Notes under the pieces: generated by a model
What the model was told of the DNA's origin: nothing
Database searches by the model: none
Seen by the model: the letters and a program-made list of their open reading frames with translations, nothing else
Program-made: the position numbers and the translations under genes
Origin: Antedon mediterranea
Lineage: Eukaryota > Animalia > Echinodermata
Direction: 5' to 3'
DNA length: 64,000 nt
Assembly (NCBI RefSeq): GCF_964355755.1
Contig: NC_092674.1
Coordinates: 16,926,001 to 16,990,000, forward strand
Shown: positions 36,109 to 46,878 of the stretch, one piece after another
How positions within the stretch are numbered: the stretch's first letter is position 1
Layout of the letters: each line of letters starts with the position of its first letter

Positions 36109-36837
36109 TTACAATTGGTAAAGAATCTTATTAAAAAGTTCTGAATCATTTGTAATCAACTTTATGGCTTTAGCAAACGCATCAACATTTATACAACGTA
36201 AATGAAAGTAGTTTAGCGCCCATTCAAAATGGGTAGCGCTATTGTCCACAAGTTTCAATGCCAGAATTGGTCGAAAAAATGTTAGGAGTTGTTCATATCT
36301 TGAGCCGTGAAAGTTATAACGTTCAACCATGTCCTTCAGAATGAATATAAATTCTTCTATGAAAACCTTCTCAATTGTTCTCATTATCTCTTTGTACTCA
36401 AGTTCGGTAGTTTCTTTCTTAATCTCCGCCTCCAGCACAGGGTTCAGGTACTCTTCCGCAAACACCCCATCTTCTACCTCATCTTCTACATCGGCTTTTC
36501 TTGCCAGAAATAGGTGGTAGTCAACTACCGATGACGTGTCGTCGTATACAATCCTCTCCTCTTCAGAAATTATTCTTGATCTATAATGTTCGTCTTCTTC
36601 AGTATTAGATACATTATTGAAATCAACGTTCATTGGAGGTGGGGGTTGAATCGCCATTAAACACGTCATATCCCCCATCTCTTCCCTCATCTCTTCCTCC
36701 TCCTTTGCTGTAAAATAGGCACCAGTCATAGCTAGTATGTCTTCGTCTTCAAATTCTGAATCACTGCTTATATATATAACATCTTCTTCGACATCAGAGT
36801 CCATAGTAAGATCAATTATTTCAATCACGGAACCCAT
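36109..36837 (-). CDS. 242-aa acidic protein (right arm copy, identical protein)
   Basis: Identical translation; one synonymous TCG/TCA difference seen. Confidence 0.75.
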   Translation of the reverse strand: MGSVIEIIDLTMDSDVEEDVIYISSDSEFEDEDILAMTGAYFTAKEEEEMREEMGDMTCLMAIQPPPPMNVDFNNVSNTEEDEHYRSRIISEEERIVYDDTSSVVDYHLFLARKADVEDEVEDGVFAEEYLNPVLEAEIKKETTELEYKEIMRTIEKVFIEEFIFILKDMVERYNFHGSRYEQLLTFFRPILALKLVDNSATHFEWALNYFHLRCINVDAFAKAIKLITNDSELFNKILYQL

Positions 36838-39800
36838 AGTAACTAGTTGTTGGTTTTTGGTCTGTCTTGTCGAGCTCTGTAGCGTTGTAGAATGAGGTAA
36901 AGATTACAAAATATTCGAGAGTTATATACAGTCAAAGGATTACATTCGGCATTTACCAAATTTGTTTCAGCCAATTGTCATTGTTGTATTTCCTGTCGGA
37001 ACATTGTGTCGAAGCGCCGTGTATCTTTTGTTTCATTAAGTAGCTTCCCCAATGTCATTCAATTTAAAAAATGTCCGATCCAAAATCATCAAAGATCAAA
37101 CCGTTTTCTCATAACTCGCTGCATACTAGCCTTAGCCTTATCAGCTATTTTAGAATCGGCGTAATCAGCTGTTGGTTTGCAGAAGTTCATACTGATGAAA
37201 ACTGTACTAAATTCTCTTAACTTTTTGTTTTAGTCATTGTTATAATATCCTGATCAAATAACTTATGTTGTTACGTTGTTTTAATTAAACCAGGAGCATC
37301 TTTTATTGTACCCCTTTTTAAAAATACCGCCAAGTACATGACTAATTAAATCTTACAACAATCTTATACTTCCTTACCCAATGTTAACCATTGTAATATT
37401 ATATCCGAAACATAACACCTATTGACTTCAACCATTGTATACCATTTTTTCTCATCACAAACGACTAAATCATCACCAAATATTTTTTATCTGATCATCA
37501 ATTAACTCTTCTATACATCGAATCTGAAAATTAAATAACAAAACCCATGTAACAGACAGAACAAAGAAGTCATTCTTAATAACATTTGGAAAATAATATA
37601 CGTAAATTTTTGTGTTTTTTTTTATACAAATTGCTTCAACTTACCATTTCATCGTTGTCATTAAGAATTTCTAACAAAAATTCCTCGTTACCGCTAAGAC
37701 TGCTGTTTTCAAATTCTTGTTCAATACCGGTATGCACGTTAGATGTCGGTATAGTTCAATCAAGACATACTTATTATTTAACTTCATTCATTCTTATCTT
37801 TTTGTTTTTTGTCATTGTTATAATATCCGGAAACAAATTACCCTTATTAATTATATGTGGGTTCGATATCTCAATTAACTAGTTTTAATTAACCAGGTGC
37901 ATCTTTATCAAAGAATTCTTTATGTAAAACGTAAACCATTTAAATGAAAATGAAACTTAATTTTAAAATTTCCGACAATACATGACGTCATGTAATCAAA
38001 TTAAATAATACCTATATTGTTATATATCCGAAACATCACACCTATTTTATAATATCACAACAACGACTGTTTTATTCTTCCGTAGTCATTTACTTTTCAG
38101 TACTTTGTAAAACTGGACTACAAGTTGTACAATTTATATCATACAGCATAGAGTAGCCAACATACTGAATTAACCCACTTTAAATGTTACCAACACAACA
38201 CGATAGCATGTAACTAATTTAAATTATAATATACGGTAATACCTCTATTGTTATAATACCCCGAAACACAATACCTATTGTTTCATACTTCCGTAGTCAT
38301 TTACTCTTCAGTACTTTGTACAGCTGACTAATATTTACAATTTTGTAAAAACAGCCCATAAACGCCATTTAACTACTACGATGTGAAGAGCATAATATCT
38401 TCACCCCCGGGCTTCACCCTTAAAAGCTTGATAGCTACTCGACAAGCCGAGGGTAAAAAGACATTTTTGGCTTTTCTCGATTTCCGAAAAGCATTCGATA
38501 CAGTCTGGAGAGAAGGACTAATAAAAGCATTACATCGAATCGGTATAAAGGTAACCTAATTAAATAATATCGTAAAATTTATATGAGAATGTTAAATGTA
38601 AGGTCCAATTTGCTAATTTAGAGACGGAGTTATTGATATCGATGAAGGTGTTAGACAGTGATGCTCGTTATCTCCAACACTCTTCTCAATATACATCAAT
38701 GAATTACTAATGAACTAATAATGCTTAACAACTCAGATCTAGGTGTTAACATCTTTAACACTAAAATTAATTGTTTACTATAACCGACGACGTCGTGCTA
38801 ATAGGAGAAAACGAGAAAGAACATAAAATTCTGCTACAAACTACTACAGAATTCGCTAAACAAAGGAAAATGTCATTTAATTATGATAAATCAATGTCCT
38901 TATCACAGGACAAAGGACCAACTTATATAGAAAATGGAGGTTAGGAAACAATTCTATAACAGAAACTGATAAATACAAATAATTGGGAGTATTACATTTC
39001 TCGCACGTTGTCGGACAATCTTCACGACGAAGTTATCAAGAAGGGTAATCGCATCATTGCGTATAGTAAATCCATTATAAATGAACAAGACGATTATAAC
39101 AGAATTTATTACGGGGACCTATTATGGAAATCTATCGGAATCCCTACCATTAATTACGCATGCTCAGTTTGATACTGTAACGGAAAAACAACAATGGCAA
39201 AAGTTGAAAACCTGCAGTTTTTAATGGCGAGAACCATTCTTCAGGTTCCGCGTAACGTTGCACAAGAGCTCTATACGGTGACTTGGGCTGGCAATCACTA
39301 GAATCGCTTCAAAACTACTCCAATGTGATTTTTAACGCCATAAACATTCTTGAAGATAAATTTAAATGGGGATGGTTAAATCAAGTTAAAGAAGCCGTAC
39401 ATAAATGTAACATGGGTGATATGTTCACCAACGAATCACCCGGTAATTGGTTAACCCAATTTAAATGCAAGAACAAAGATATCGATAATAACGAATGGCA
39501 AAAGAGAGCACAATCAAAATCATCTCAGCTCTGGCACAGTGTTGTACAAGAATAAACCGATGCTAGAACCATACCTTCTTTACAAAAATGACTTCAAAGA
39601 AGTTGTTTGAAATTTAAGGCGAGATCTAACTCTCTAAACCTTGAAGGTAGGGAACAGTCATGGTCACCCATGAATACGGGTGTGTGTGCACTCTGCAATA
39701 ATGACACTGAAACTATCGCACACTTTATGCTAGAATGTAATACATTTAGTAAATTAAGAAAAGAAACCTTCTACCCAATGAAATTACAATTAATGAATAA

Positions 39801-40365
39801 CGGGTTTGAACATTAATGGAAATCTTTCTACGAAGGAACCTCTGAAATGAAATTACATTTGTTTTTGACTTGGCTTGTAAAAAGTACCTACAAAGTGCCT
39901 GGGATACCCGGTTAGATATATATAAGAAATTACCAACATTACCCCAATAGCCTATTTGGCTTTTACATTGTGTTACGGGCTCGCTCGTTAGGCTGAAACC
40001 AACAATAAGAACATAACAAAACACGTTGTAGTTGTCGTCCATCTTTATTCATCCCTCTCTTTTACTCTAGAGGGCTCACTTCCGTGTGACAAACTCATCA
40101 CACACCCCCACTTAAAGAAAGTTTGATATGATTAAACTTATAACTGTTTACTATAACATCTTAAATCTTTTCTTATACAGTAGTTATTTTAACAGGTCGT
40201 TGATATGAATTTACTTCAACTGCTTCTTTAAAATTTCACAAGTTCTAATTACTTTAAATCCGTGTATGCCATTAATGCATCACTCTATCACAACTAACAT
40301 ATTATAATTAACTAAACACTTTAAAAATCAACAAAACTTTTAAAATCATTTCATGCATGTTTTAT

Positions 40366-40929
40366 CTAAACTCTTGACAAAGCGTCAGCTACAACATTGT
40401 CTTTTCCTCTGATATCATGAATTTCCAGATTCATTTCTTGAACTGCTAAACTCCATCTCAACAAGCGTTGATTCTTGTCTTTCATTCTTGCCAAGAACGT
40501 TAATGGGTTGCTGTCAGTCCAAACTATAATTGGAAACGGAGTAGACCCAAGATACACTTCAAAGTGCTTTAACGCTGACATCAAAGCTAATGTCTCCTTC
40601 TCAACAGAATAACGCTTCTCATGCTGGTTGAATTTTTTCGAGTAGAAACACACAGGCTTGTCAACACAATTCTCGTCTGTTTGCGCCAACACAGCACCAG
40701 AACCAACATCACTGGCATCAATCATTAACGAGAACTGTTTATCAAATTGTGGAGCCATCAACACCGGTTCGTTTGATAACATCGCTTTAACTTTAATGAA
40801 CGCATTATTGCATTCCTCCAACCACACAAAGCTCGCATTCTTTTTCAGCAGATTCGTTAATGGAGCTACAAGCGTGGAGAAACTTCTGCAAAAACGTCGA
40901 TAAAACCCAGCCATTCCCAGGAAACGCAT
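40366..40929 (-). CDS. RT thumb / RNase H segment of Gypsy 1 (frameshifted)
   Basis: FLGMAGFYRRF, DASDVGSG, WTDSNPL, NVVADALSR. Confidence 0.9.
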   Translation of the reverse strand: MRFLGMAGFYRRFCRSFSTLVAPLTNLLKKNASFVWLEECNNAFIKVKAMLSNEPVLMAPQFDKQFSLMIDASDVGSGAVLAQTDENCVDKPVCFYSKKFNQHEKRYSVEKETLALMSALKHFEVYLGSTPFPIIVWTDSNPLTFLARMKDKNQRLLRWSLAVQEMNLEIHDIRGKDNVVADALSRV

Positions 40930-41087
40930 TTACTCCTGCTTACTCTTTGGAACTGGGAAATCACAGACTGCCTTAATCTTAGCACTTAATGGTTTCACTT
41001 TTCCGCAACCAACTTTATGACCTAAGAACACAATTTCTGCACAGGAAAACTCACTTTTCACCAAATTTACTGTCAACTTTGCAGCTG

Positions 41088-44000
41088 CTAACCTGTCAAA
41101 AATGCCTTAATTCTCTGCACATGGACATCCCATGTATCACTATAAACAACCAAATCGTCTATATAAGCTTCACAGCCCTCCAACCCTGAAATTATACCAT
41201 TAACCAATCTCTGGAACGTGGCTGGTGCATTCTTTAAACCGAAAGGCATGACTTTATACTGATAAAGACCCATAGGAGTTACAAAAGCTGACACTTTCGC
41301 ACGCTCTGTTAAAGGAATTTGCCAGTAACCCTTTAGAAGATCAAATTTACTGACAAACTTAGCACTACCCACACGATCAATACAGTCGTCTATCCTCGGT
41401 ATAGGATATGAATCTGTAGTAGATTTAGCATTAACCTTCCGATAATCAGTACAAAAACGATACGATTTATCTGGCTTTGGAACTAATATACATGGAGAAC
41501 TCCAAGCACTGCAACTAGGCTCAATTATATCATTCTTAATCATGTAATCAATCTCATTTTGTAATATCTTCATCTTGAACGGATTTGCTCTATATGGATT
41601 TTGTTTTATTGGTGAACAATCAGCTGTCTTAACGTCATGCTCCACTAAGTTCGTTCGACCTGGAACATCGGAAAACAACTGCAGATTTTCAAATATCAAA
41701 CTAACAATTTCAACCTTACGATCACGAGATAAATGACCAACTTTGTCTTCAATGTTTGCAAGGACATCTGAATTACTGAACTTAACACATGTATCAGGAT
41801 CCCCAAACTCTTTAGAATTCTCTTCAACAACACACGTAACTGGTGTTGACGTACAGGTATCAGTATTATTTCTCGCTGTGTATGGTTTCAACATGTTTAT
41901 ATGACACAGTCGCTTCTTCTTACGCCTATCTGGAGTATCTAACACATAGTCAACTTCTCCTACTCTTTCTAATACTTTGTAAGGACCAGCAAATCTTGCA
42001 GATAATGGTTGACTGGGAAGAGGCAACATAACTAACACTTCATCACCTGAACTAAAGCTTCTCTTTTCTGATTTCCTATCAAACAATCTCTTCATTTTAC
42101 CCTGAGCCTTCACAAGATTCTTTCTAGCCATCTCACGAGCACGATTTAATCGATCACCAAATTCAGACACATAATCTAGTATCGATACAGACTCTTCTGC
42201 ATTCCTTAACAGCCTTTCTTTGACTATTTTAAGAGGGCCTCGGACCGAATGACCATACACCAACTCAAATGGGCTAAACCCTAAGGACTCTTGCACTGTT
42301 TCACGAACAGCGAATAACAATAAGGGAACTCCCTCATCCCATTCCTTTTCACATTGAAAACAATAGGTTTTAATCACATTCTTAAGTGTTTGATGAAATC
42401 TCTCAAGTGCCCCTTGAGACTGTGGATGGTAAGCACTTGAACTTATAAGGGCAACACCTAACTGCTCTAAGACTTGTTTAAATATCTTTGACATGAAGTT
42501 TGATCCTTGATCGGACTGAACAGCTTTAGGCAATCCTACCCATGTAAAGAATTTTACCAATGCTTTAACAACATTCTTAGCTGTAATACGCCTAAGAGGA
42601 ATCGCTTCTGGAAACCTACTTGATGCACACATTATTGTTAATAGATACTCATTTCCATTTTTAGTACGTGGTAATGGACCCACACAATCAACAATAACCC
42701 TTGAAAATGGTTCACCGAATGCAGGAATAGGCCTAAGTGGGGCTACTGGAACCTTTTGATTAGGCTTCCCAACTACCTGACACGCATGACAGGATTTACA
42801 ATAGTTAGACACATCTTTTCTAAGACCTGACCAAAAGAAATGCCTGAGAATTTTGTCTACCGTTTTATTGACACCTAAATGCCCTGAAAGAGGATCATCA
42901 TGCGCAATACCAATAATATCCTGACGGTATCTACTAGGAATAACTATCTGGTGAATCTCATTCCAAACATCACTACTTGGAATATCTGGTGGCCTCCACT
43001 TACGCATAAGTATGCCATCCTTTATATAATAACAAACAGGAACAATAGACATTTCCTCTACAGAAAGAGCTTTCTGACCAGATGACACCAAATCAGGATC
43101 TTTACTCTGCTCTTCCACTAACCTGGACCGATTGAGAACTGTCGGACCGAAATCACACACTTTTGGGTGCTGTTGTTCAGCCTGGGCAGTGTGTGACTCG
43201 GGACCTGAGCAGACAGCCTCTTGGGAAACGCGATCCGTAATGTCTCCGTAAAAACTATCACATAAGTCAATACTCTCATCCTCATCTATGGTTATATTTG
43301 CCATAGATCGCGTCACCGCACATGATGGAAACACATGTGATAATTCTTTCTCTAAACACACCGTGCTTTCGTCTTCAACAGGACTCTTGCACACAACCGG
43401 TTCTACTGTCACTCTGTCTCCGGCCAAATCATTCCCCAAAAGGAGTGTGACACCCCATACTGGAAGACTCGGAACGACACCGACAACAAAATCTCCGCTA
43501 ACAATATCTGTTTCAATCCGAATTACATGAAGTGGGACTTCCTTATAACCCCCTTCAACACCTTGAATGAGCACACTTGCTCCAGCAGAAGACTCGTTTG
43601 AAAATGACAATGCCGATTCTATTATCAGGGATTGTGACGCCCCTGTGTCTCTTAAGACACGAACTTTACTCAGATTCACATCGTTGATCAATGCTACAGA
43701 ACCAGTAGAGAGGAAAGGCTTAAATAGCTTTCGCACTTTTTCCGGACCTGAAGATTGGATCAACTTCTCACATTCATTAACGTCATGACTCGCTGTGTTT
43801 GGAAGTGATTGGGGTTTCTTATTATCCCCTTTAGATTTGCTTTGAAACAGCCAGCAATCTGCCTTTATATGACCCTTTTTCTTGCAGTAAAAACAAGTTC
43901 TGACAAATTTACTACTACTATTAACTGTAGTTTTCTGACTTTGGACCTTAGAATCATCAACAGATTTGGAAACCGATTTGGTATCCACCACCTTGTGCGT

Positions 44001-44381
44001 GAGCACATAATTATCGGCAACAGAAGCCGCTTTCATTAAATTATCAACTTTTTGCTCCTCTAGATATGTTCGAACTTCAGTAGGGGAACAAGATTTAAAC
44101 TCCTCAACTAACATAAGCTCACGAAGCTTTCCAAATTCTCCCTTTACTCCTTCCGAACTACACCATCTATCAAAAAGAATCTGCTTCTTACGTGCAAATT
44201 CTGTAAACGTTTGATCATAAGGTTTACCTAAGTTCCTAAATTTCTGACGATACGCCTCTGGAACTAACTCATAAGCTGACAAAACAGCAGTTTTAACCGC
44301 ATCATAGTTTTCACATTGATCATCAGCCAATGCAGAAAATACCTCTTGGGCTTTACCCACAAGAGCAGTTTGTAACAACAC
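41088..44381 (-). CDS. Gmr1-like polyprotein segment: SCAN-like gag, CCHC, protease, integrase, RT
   Basis: YELVPEAYRQKFR; CFYCKKKGHIKADC; LRDTGA; GHLGVNKT..CHAC, DCVGP, SDQGSNF, ERFH; GPY; then YIDD. Confidence 0.93.
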   Translation of the reverse strand: MLLQTALVGKAQEVFSALADDQCENYDAVKTAVLSAYELVPEAYRQKFRNLGKPYDQTFTEFARKKQILFDRWCSSEGVKGEFGKLRELMLVEEFKSCSPTEVRTYLEEQKVDNLMKAASVADNYVLTHKVVDTKSVSKSVDDSKVQSQKTTVNSSSKFVRTCFYCKKKGHIKADCWLFQSKSKGDNKKPQSLPNTASHDVNECEKLIQSSGPEKVRKLFKPFLSTGSVALINDVNLSKVRVLRDTGASQSLIIESALSFSNESSAGASVLIQGVEGGYKEVPLHVIRIETDIVSGDFVVGVVPSLPVWGVTLLLGNDLAGDRVTVEPVVCKSPVEDESTVCLEKELSHVFPSCAVTRSMANITIDEDESIDLCDSFYGDITDRVSQEAVCSGPESHTAQAEQQHPKVCDFGPTVLNRSRLVEEQSKDPDLVSSGQKALSVEEMSIVPVCYYIKDGILMRKWRPPDIPSSDVWNEIHQIVIPSRYRQDIIGIAHDDPLSGHLGVNKTVDKILRHFFWSGLRKDVSNYCKSCHACQVVGKPNQKVPVAPLRPIPAFGEPFSRVIVDCVGPLPRTKNGNEYLLTIMCASSRFPEAIPLRRITAKNVVKALVKFFTWVGLPKAVQSDQGSNFMSKIFKQVLEQLGVALISSSAYHPQSQGALERFHQTLKNVIKTYCFQCEKEWDEGVPLLLFAVRETVQESLGFSPFELVYGHSVRGPLKIVKERLLRNAEESVSILDYVSEFGDRLNRAREMARKNLVKAQGKMKRLFDRKSEKRSFSSGDEVLVMLPLPSQPLSARFAGPYKVLERVGEVDYVLDTPDRRKKKRLCHINMLKPYTARNNTDTCTSTPVTCVVEENSKEFGDPDTCVKFSNSDVLANIEDKVGHLSRDRKVEIVSLIFENLQLFSDVPGRTNLVEHDVKTADCSPIKQNPYRANPFKMKILQNEIDYMIKNDIIEPSCSAWSSPCILVPKPDKSYRFCTDYRKVNAKSTTDSYPIPRIDDCIDRVGSAKFVSKFDLLKGYWQIPLTERAKVSAFVTPMGLYQYKVMPFGLKNAPATFQRLVNGIISGLEGCEAYIDDLVVYSDTWDVHVQRIKAFLTG

Positions 44382-44431
44382 AGTTCAGTGTCTAGCAGGC
44401 CACTTTAATCTATTAGCAATTTTCTCAAAAG

Positions 44432-44875
44432 CTAAAAAATATGTCTGTACCTCGTCCTCATTAAACTTGGGAACCCAATATTCTGAGTAATCTCTGAATC
44501 ATTAGGTGTAGAAACCCGTGTGGTGTGACCCATTTGGTTAGCTAATTCTAATTTCCTTAACTCAAATTCATGTTTTTCTTTTTCCATTTCTCTTTGAGTT
44601 TGCATCTCTATTTTTCTTCTTTCAAAAATCAATTTTTCACGTTCCAACTCAATTCTAGCCAACTCGACCTCATTCCCCGCAGTTTTTACGGATTCATGAG
44701 TAATTAAACCAACATGATTTCCAATCACATTTATCAAGTCATATTTATTCATGGAATCATTTATAGATGCTCCAACCCTAGTACCTAGGAGTCGCAAACG
44801 CTCCTCTGATAGCTGAGCTACCACCTCAATGGACATGCTATCCAAAAATTCCTCGTCAAAATCACTTTCTGACAT
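44432..44875 (-). CDS. Gag N-terminal coiled-coil segment of Gypsy 1 (frameshifted)
   Basis: ORF 44432..44923, likely start MSESDF, E/R/K-rich stretch, directly upstream of the polyprotein. Confidence 0.7.
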   Translation of the reverse strand: MSESDFDEEFLDSMSIEVVAQLSEERLRLLGTRVGASINDSMNKYDLINVIGNHVGLITHESVKTAGNEVELARIELEREKLIFERRKIEMQTQREMEKEKHEFELRKLELANQMGHTTRVSTPNDSEITQNIGFPSLMRTRYRHIF

Positions 44876-46878
44876 AGTTTCTATTCGAAACAAACAAACA
44901 AAAACACAGGTTAAAATAACCAATATGACGATAATTAAGGCACCAGTAATAAATTACCTGCCAAGCCCACACAGTATTAAACCTACCGTGCGCCGTGGTC
45001 TCAATAACTAGACCCCTAAAATCAAAGCCAAACCGACTTCTACTATCACAGGCAAGCCTACACAAGCCTAAAACAACAACACAGTGTACTGGCTCGACGA
45101 CCGCCAAACCTCGTTCGTTATAAAACGCCTCTAAACCTAAAACCAGCTTAGAATAAGTAACTAAAATTACCAGTTCGATCTACAACTACAATTCCGCACT
45201 TTGTTCCCGGATGACCCCCCAATTTGTTACGGGCTCGCTCGTTAGGCTGAAACCAACAATAAGAACATAACAAAACACGTTGTAGTTGTCGTCCATCTTT
45301 ATTCATCCCTCTCTTTTACTCTAGAGGGCTCACTTCCGTTTGACAAACCCATCACAATTGTAATATAATGTTGCGTTGTTGAGGTACTAATGAAGACTCT
45401 GACTCGCTTGACTGTCGTAACACATTGTTTATTCAGTATAATACTTCAGTACAATATACAACTATAAGTATAGATAAGGACGGAGGATCAATGATGCTGT
45501 CGGTGAGGTGTGAAGTGTGTAGGTCTGCTTCTGAAGAAGTGGCTGTGAGGTGTGTGCTCCGTGAAGTGGCTGTAAGGTGTGTCTGGGCCCTTCTGAAACT
45601 TGGGAGTATATTGGCTCAGTTCATTTGCATAATGTCATTACATCATTTATGGAGCTAATGATTGGTCCTAAGTTGATCCAGGGGTGTTTAAGTGGGAATG
45701 ATTGATCTTATCTGGGGAGGTTACAATGATGAATTGGCCCTGTCGAATCTCTGCTTAAAACTGTCAGTATCTAATTGTTTTACGATGGGAACGGTCGCAA
45801 AGTTAAGCTAAGTGTTTTCTTTAGGGACTCTATTATAAACTAAATGGTCATTAAAACATCTGGACAAACTCTCCTCTGGACTTTCTGGGTCAAGTTCGTG
45901 AACCTATTTGAATTCCGATACAAAGGTCAATTTCTTAAATATAAAAGTATATCGTTATATTACATCCCTCTGTTTCTCTTTTTTTTTTTCTAATCTATTT
46001 AACATATAAAATGGTTATAATAGTGGCATGCAAAATTAAAGTTATATTAAAAGAAAAAAAAACATTATTATACATATAAGCAAAAATTGAGTTAGCCAAA
46101 ACCATTGACTCTGAAGTGTAACCTTATCACTTTCACTCTCTCTCTTCTCTCTCTTAAAAAAATGAAATTAAAAATGAATTTGGTATAAAATTCGCGTAAA
46201 TCAAACATAAATCGGTTAAAAATAAAATACAAAACTTAAAAATAGTATGTTACATTGAACATACGTCAATCAAATCGTGCGACAACTCATCGCGTTCTAA
46301 TGGTCTTCAAACATAAATCATCAAATCAAAACATAAAACTCAAGAAAACTGTGGCTGATTAGCCTAAAATCAAAATATCAAACTTAATCACTTAAAACTT
46401 TAAAAGAAACAAATGTGTGTGTCCCGTTGACACAAACTTATCCACAATATGTCGTTATCGTCACAACTTTATCGATTTAAGCATTTATATTCACAGGTAA
46501 TTACGATTTCAATCGGTCGACAAATTCGACTTTTGTACTCAATGTCAAAACAAAATTACAATTAAAAGTACTAAGAAAATCTCCTGTTATTGTATATCAA
46601 TTAATTAATGCTTGAGATTAACGACTCAAAGGTTAAACAAAATATTTGTTACAAAATGGTTGTCGTTCTTTTCAATATCTCAATATATCGATCATCAAAA
46701 TTCAAATTTAATCTTTATCAAAAAACTCGTTACAAAATCAATACTTAAACATAAATTCAATTCTCTTTTAACTGAAATCACATCATTACTAAACAAATCT
46801 CATCAAAAATACGTAGACTATGCTATCATTAATTTAGCAAATGTCGTAATTTAAAAATAATCTTGCAAAAAAATTAAA

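Larger units (their letters stand above)
31012..38377. mobile_element. Non-autonomous Polinton/Maverick derivative with about 2.69-kb terminal inverted repeats
   Basis: Termini AGTAGTTAAATGGCG / CGCCATTTAACTACT; TSD ACGATG at 31006-31011 and 38378-38383; arms 31012-33698 and 35692-38377; Maverick-type integrase remnant. Confidence 0.92.
39971..45356 (-). mobile_element. Gypsy 1: Gmr1-like LTR retrotransposon, full length with frameshifts
   Basis: 132-bp TG..CA LTRs at 39971-40102 and 45225-45356 (2 mismatches seen); tRNA-Pro-like PBS at about 45205-45222; PPT at about 40103-40120; TSD ATTG. Confidence 0.95.

Noticed and set aside
31012-38377. Long inverted repeat as an assembly artefact
   Set aside because: The arms differ at about ten positions, the ends are Polinton-like, and the 6-bp TSD restores the LINE reading frame. 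Long reads would still be the final test.
45357-45360. ATTG as the right TSD of Gypsy 1
   Set aside because: Its TG is the start of the Gypsy 2 LTR; the true TSD copy is at 53888-53891.
45425-45658. 77-aa ORF duplicated at 53346
   Set aside because: It is duplicated only because it lies in the LTRs. It has a non-ATG start, is antisense to the element and shows no motif.
45965-46878. env-like gene in Gypsy 2
   Set aside because: There is no sense-strand ORF in this AT-rich 3' region.
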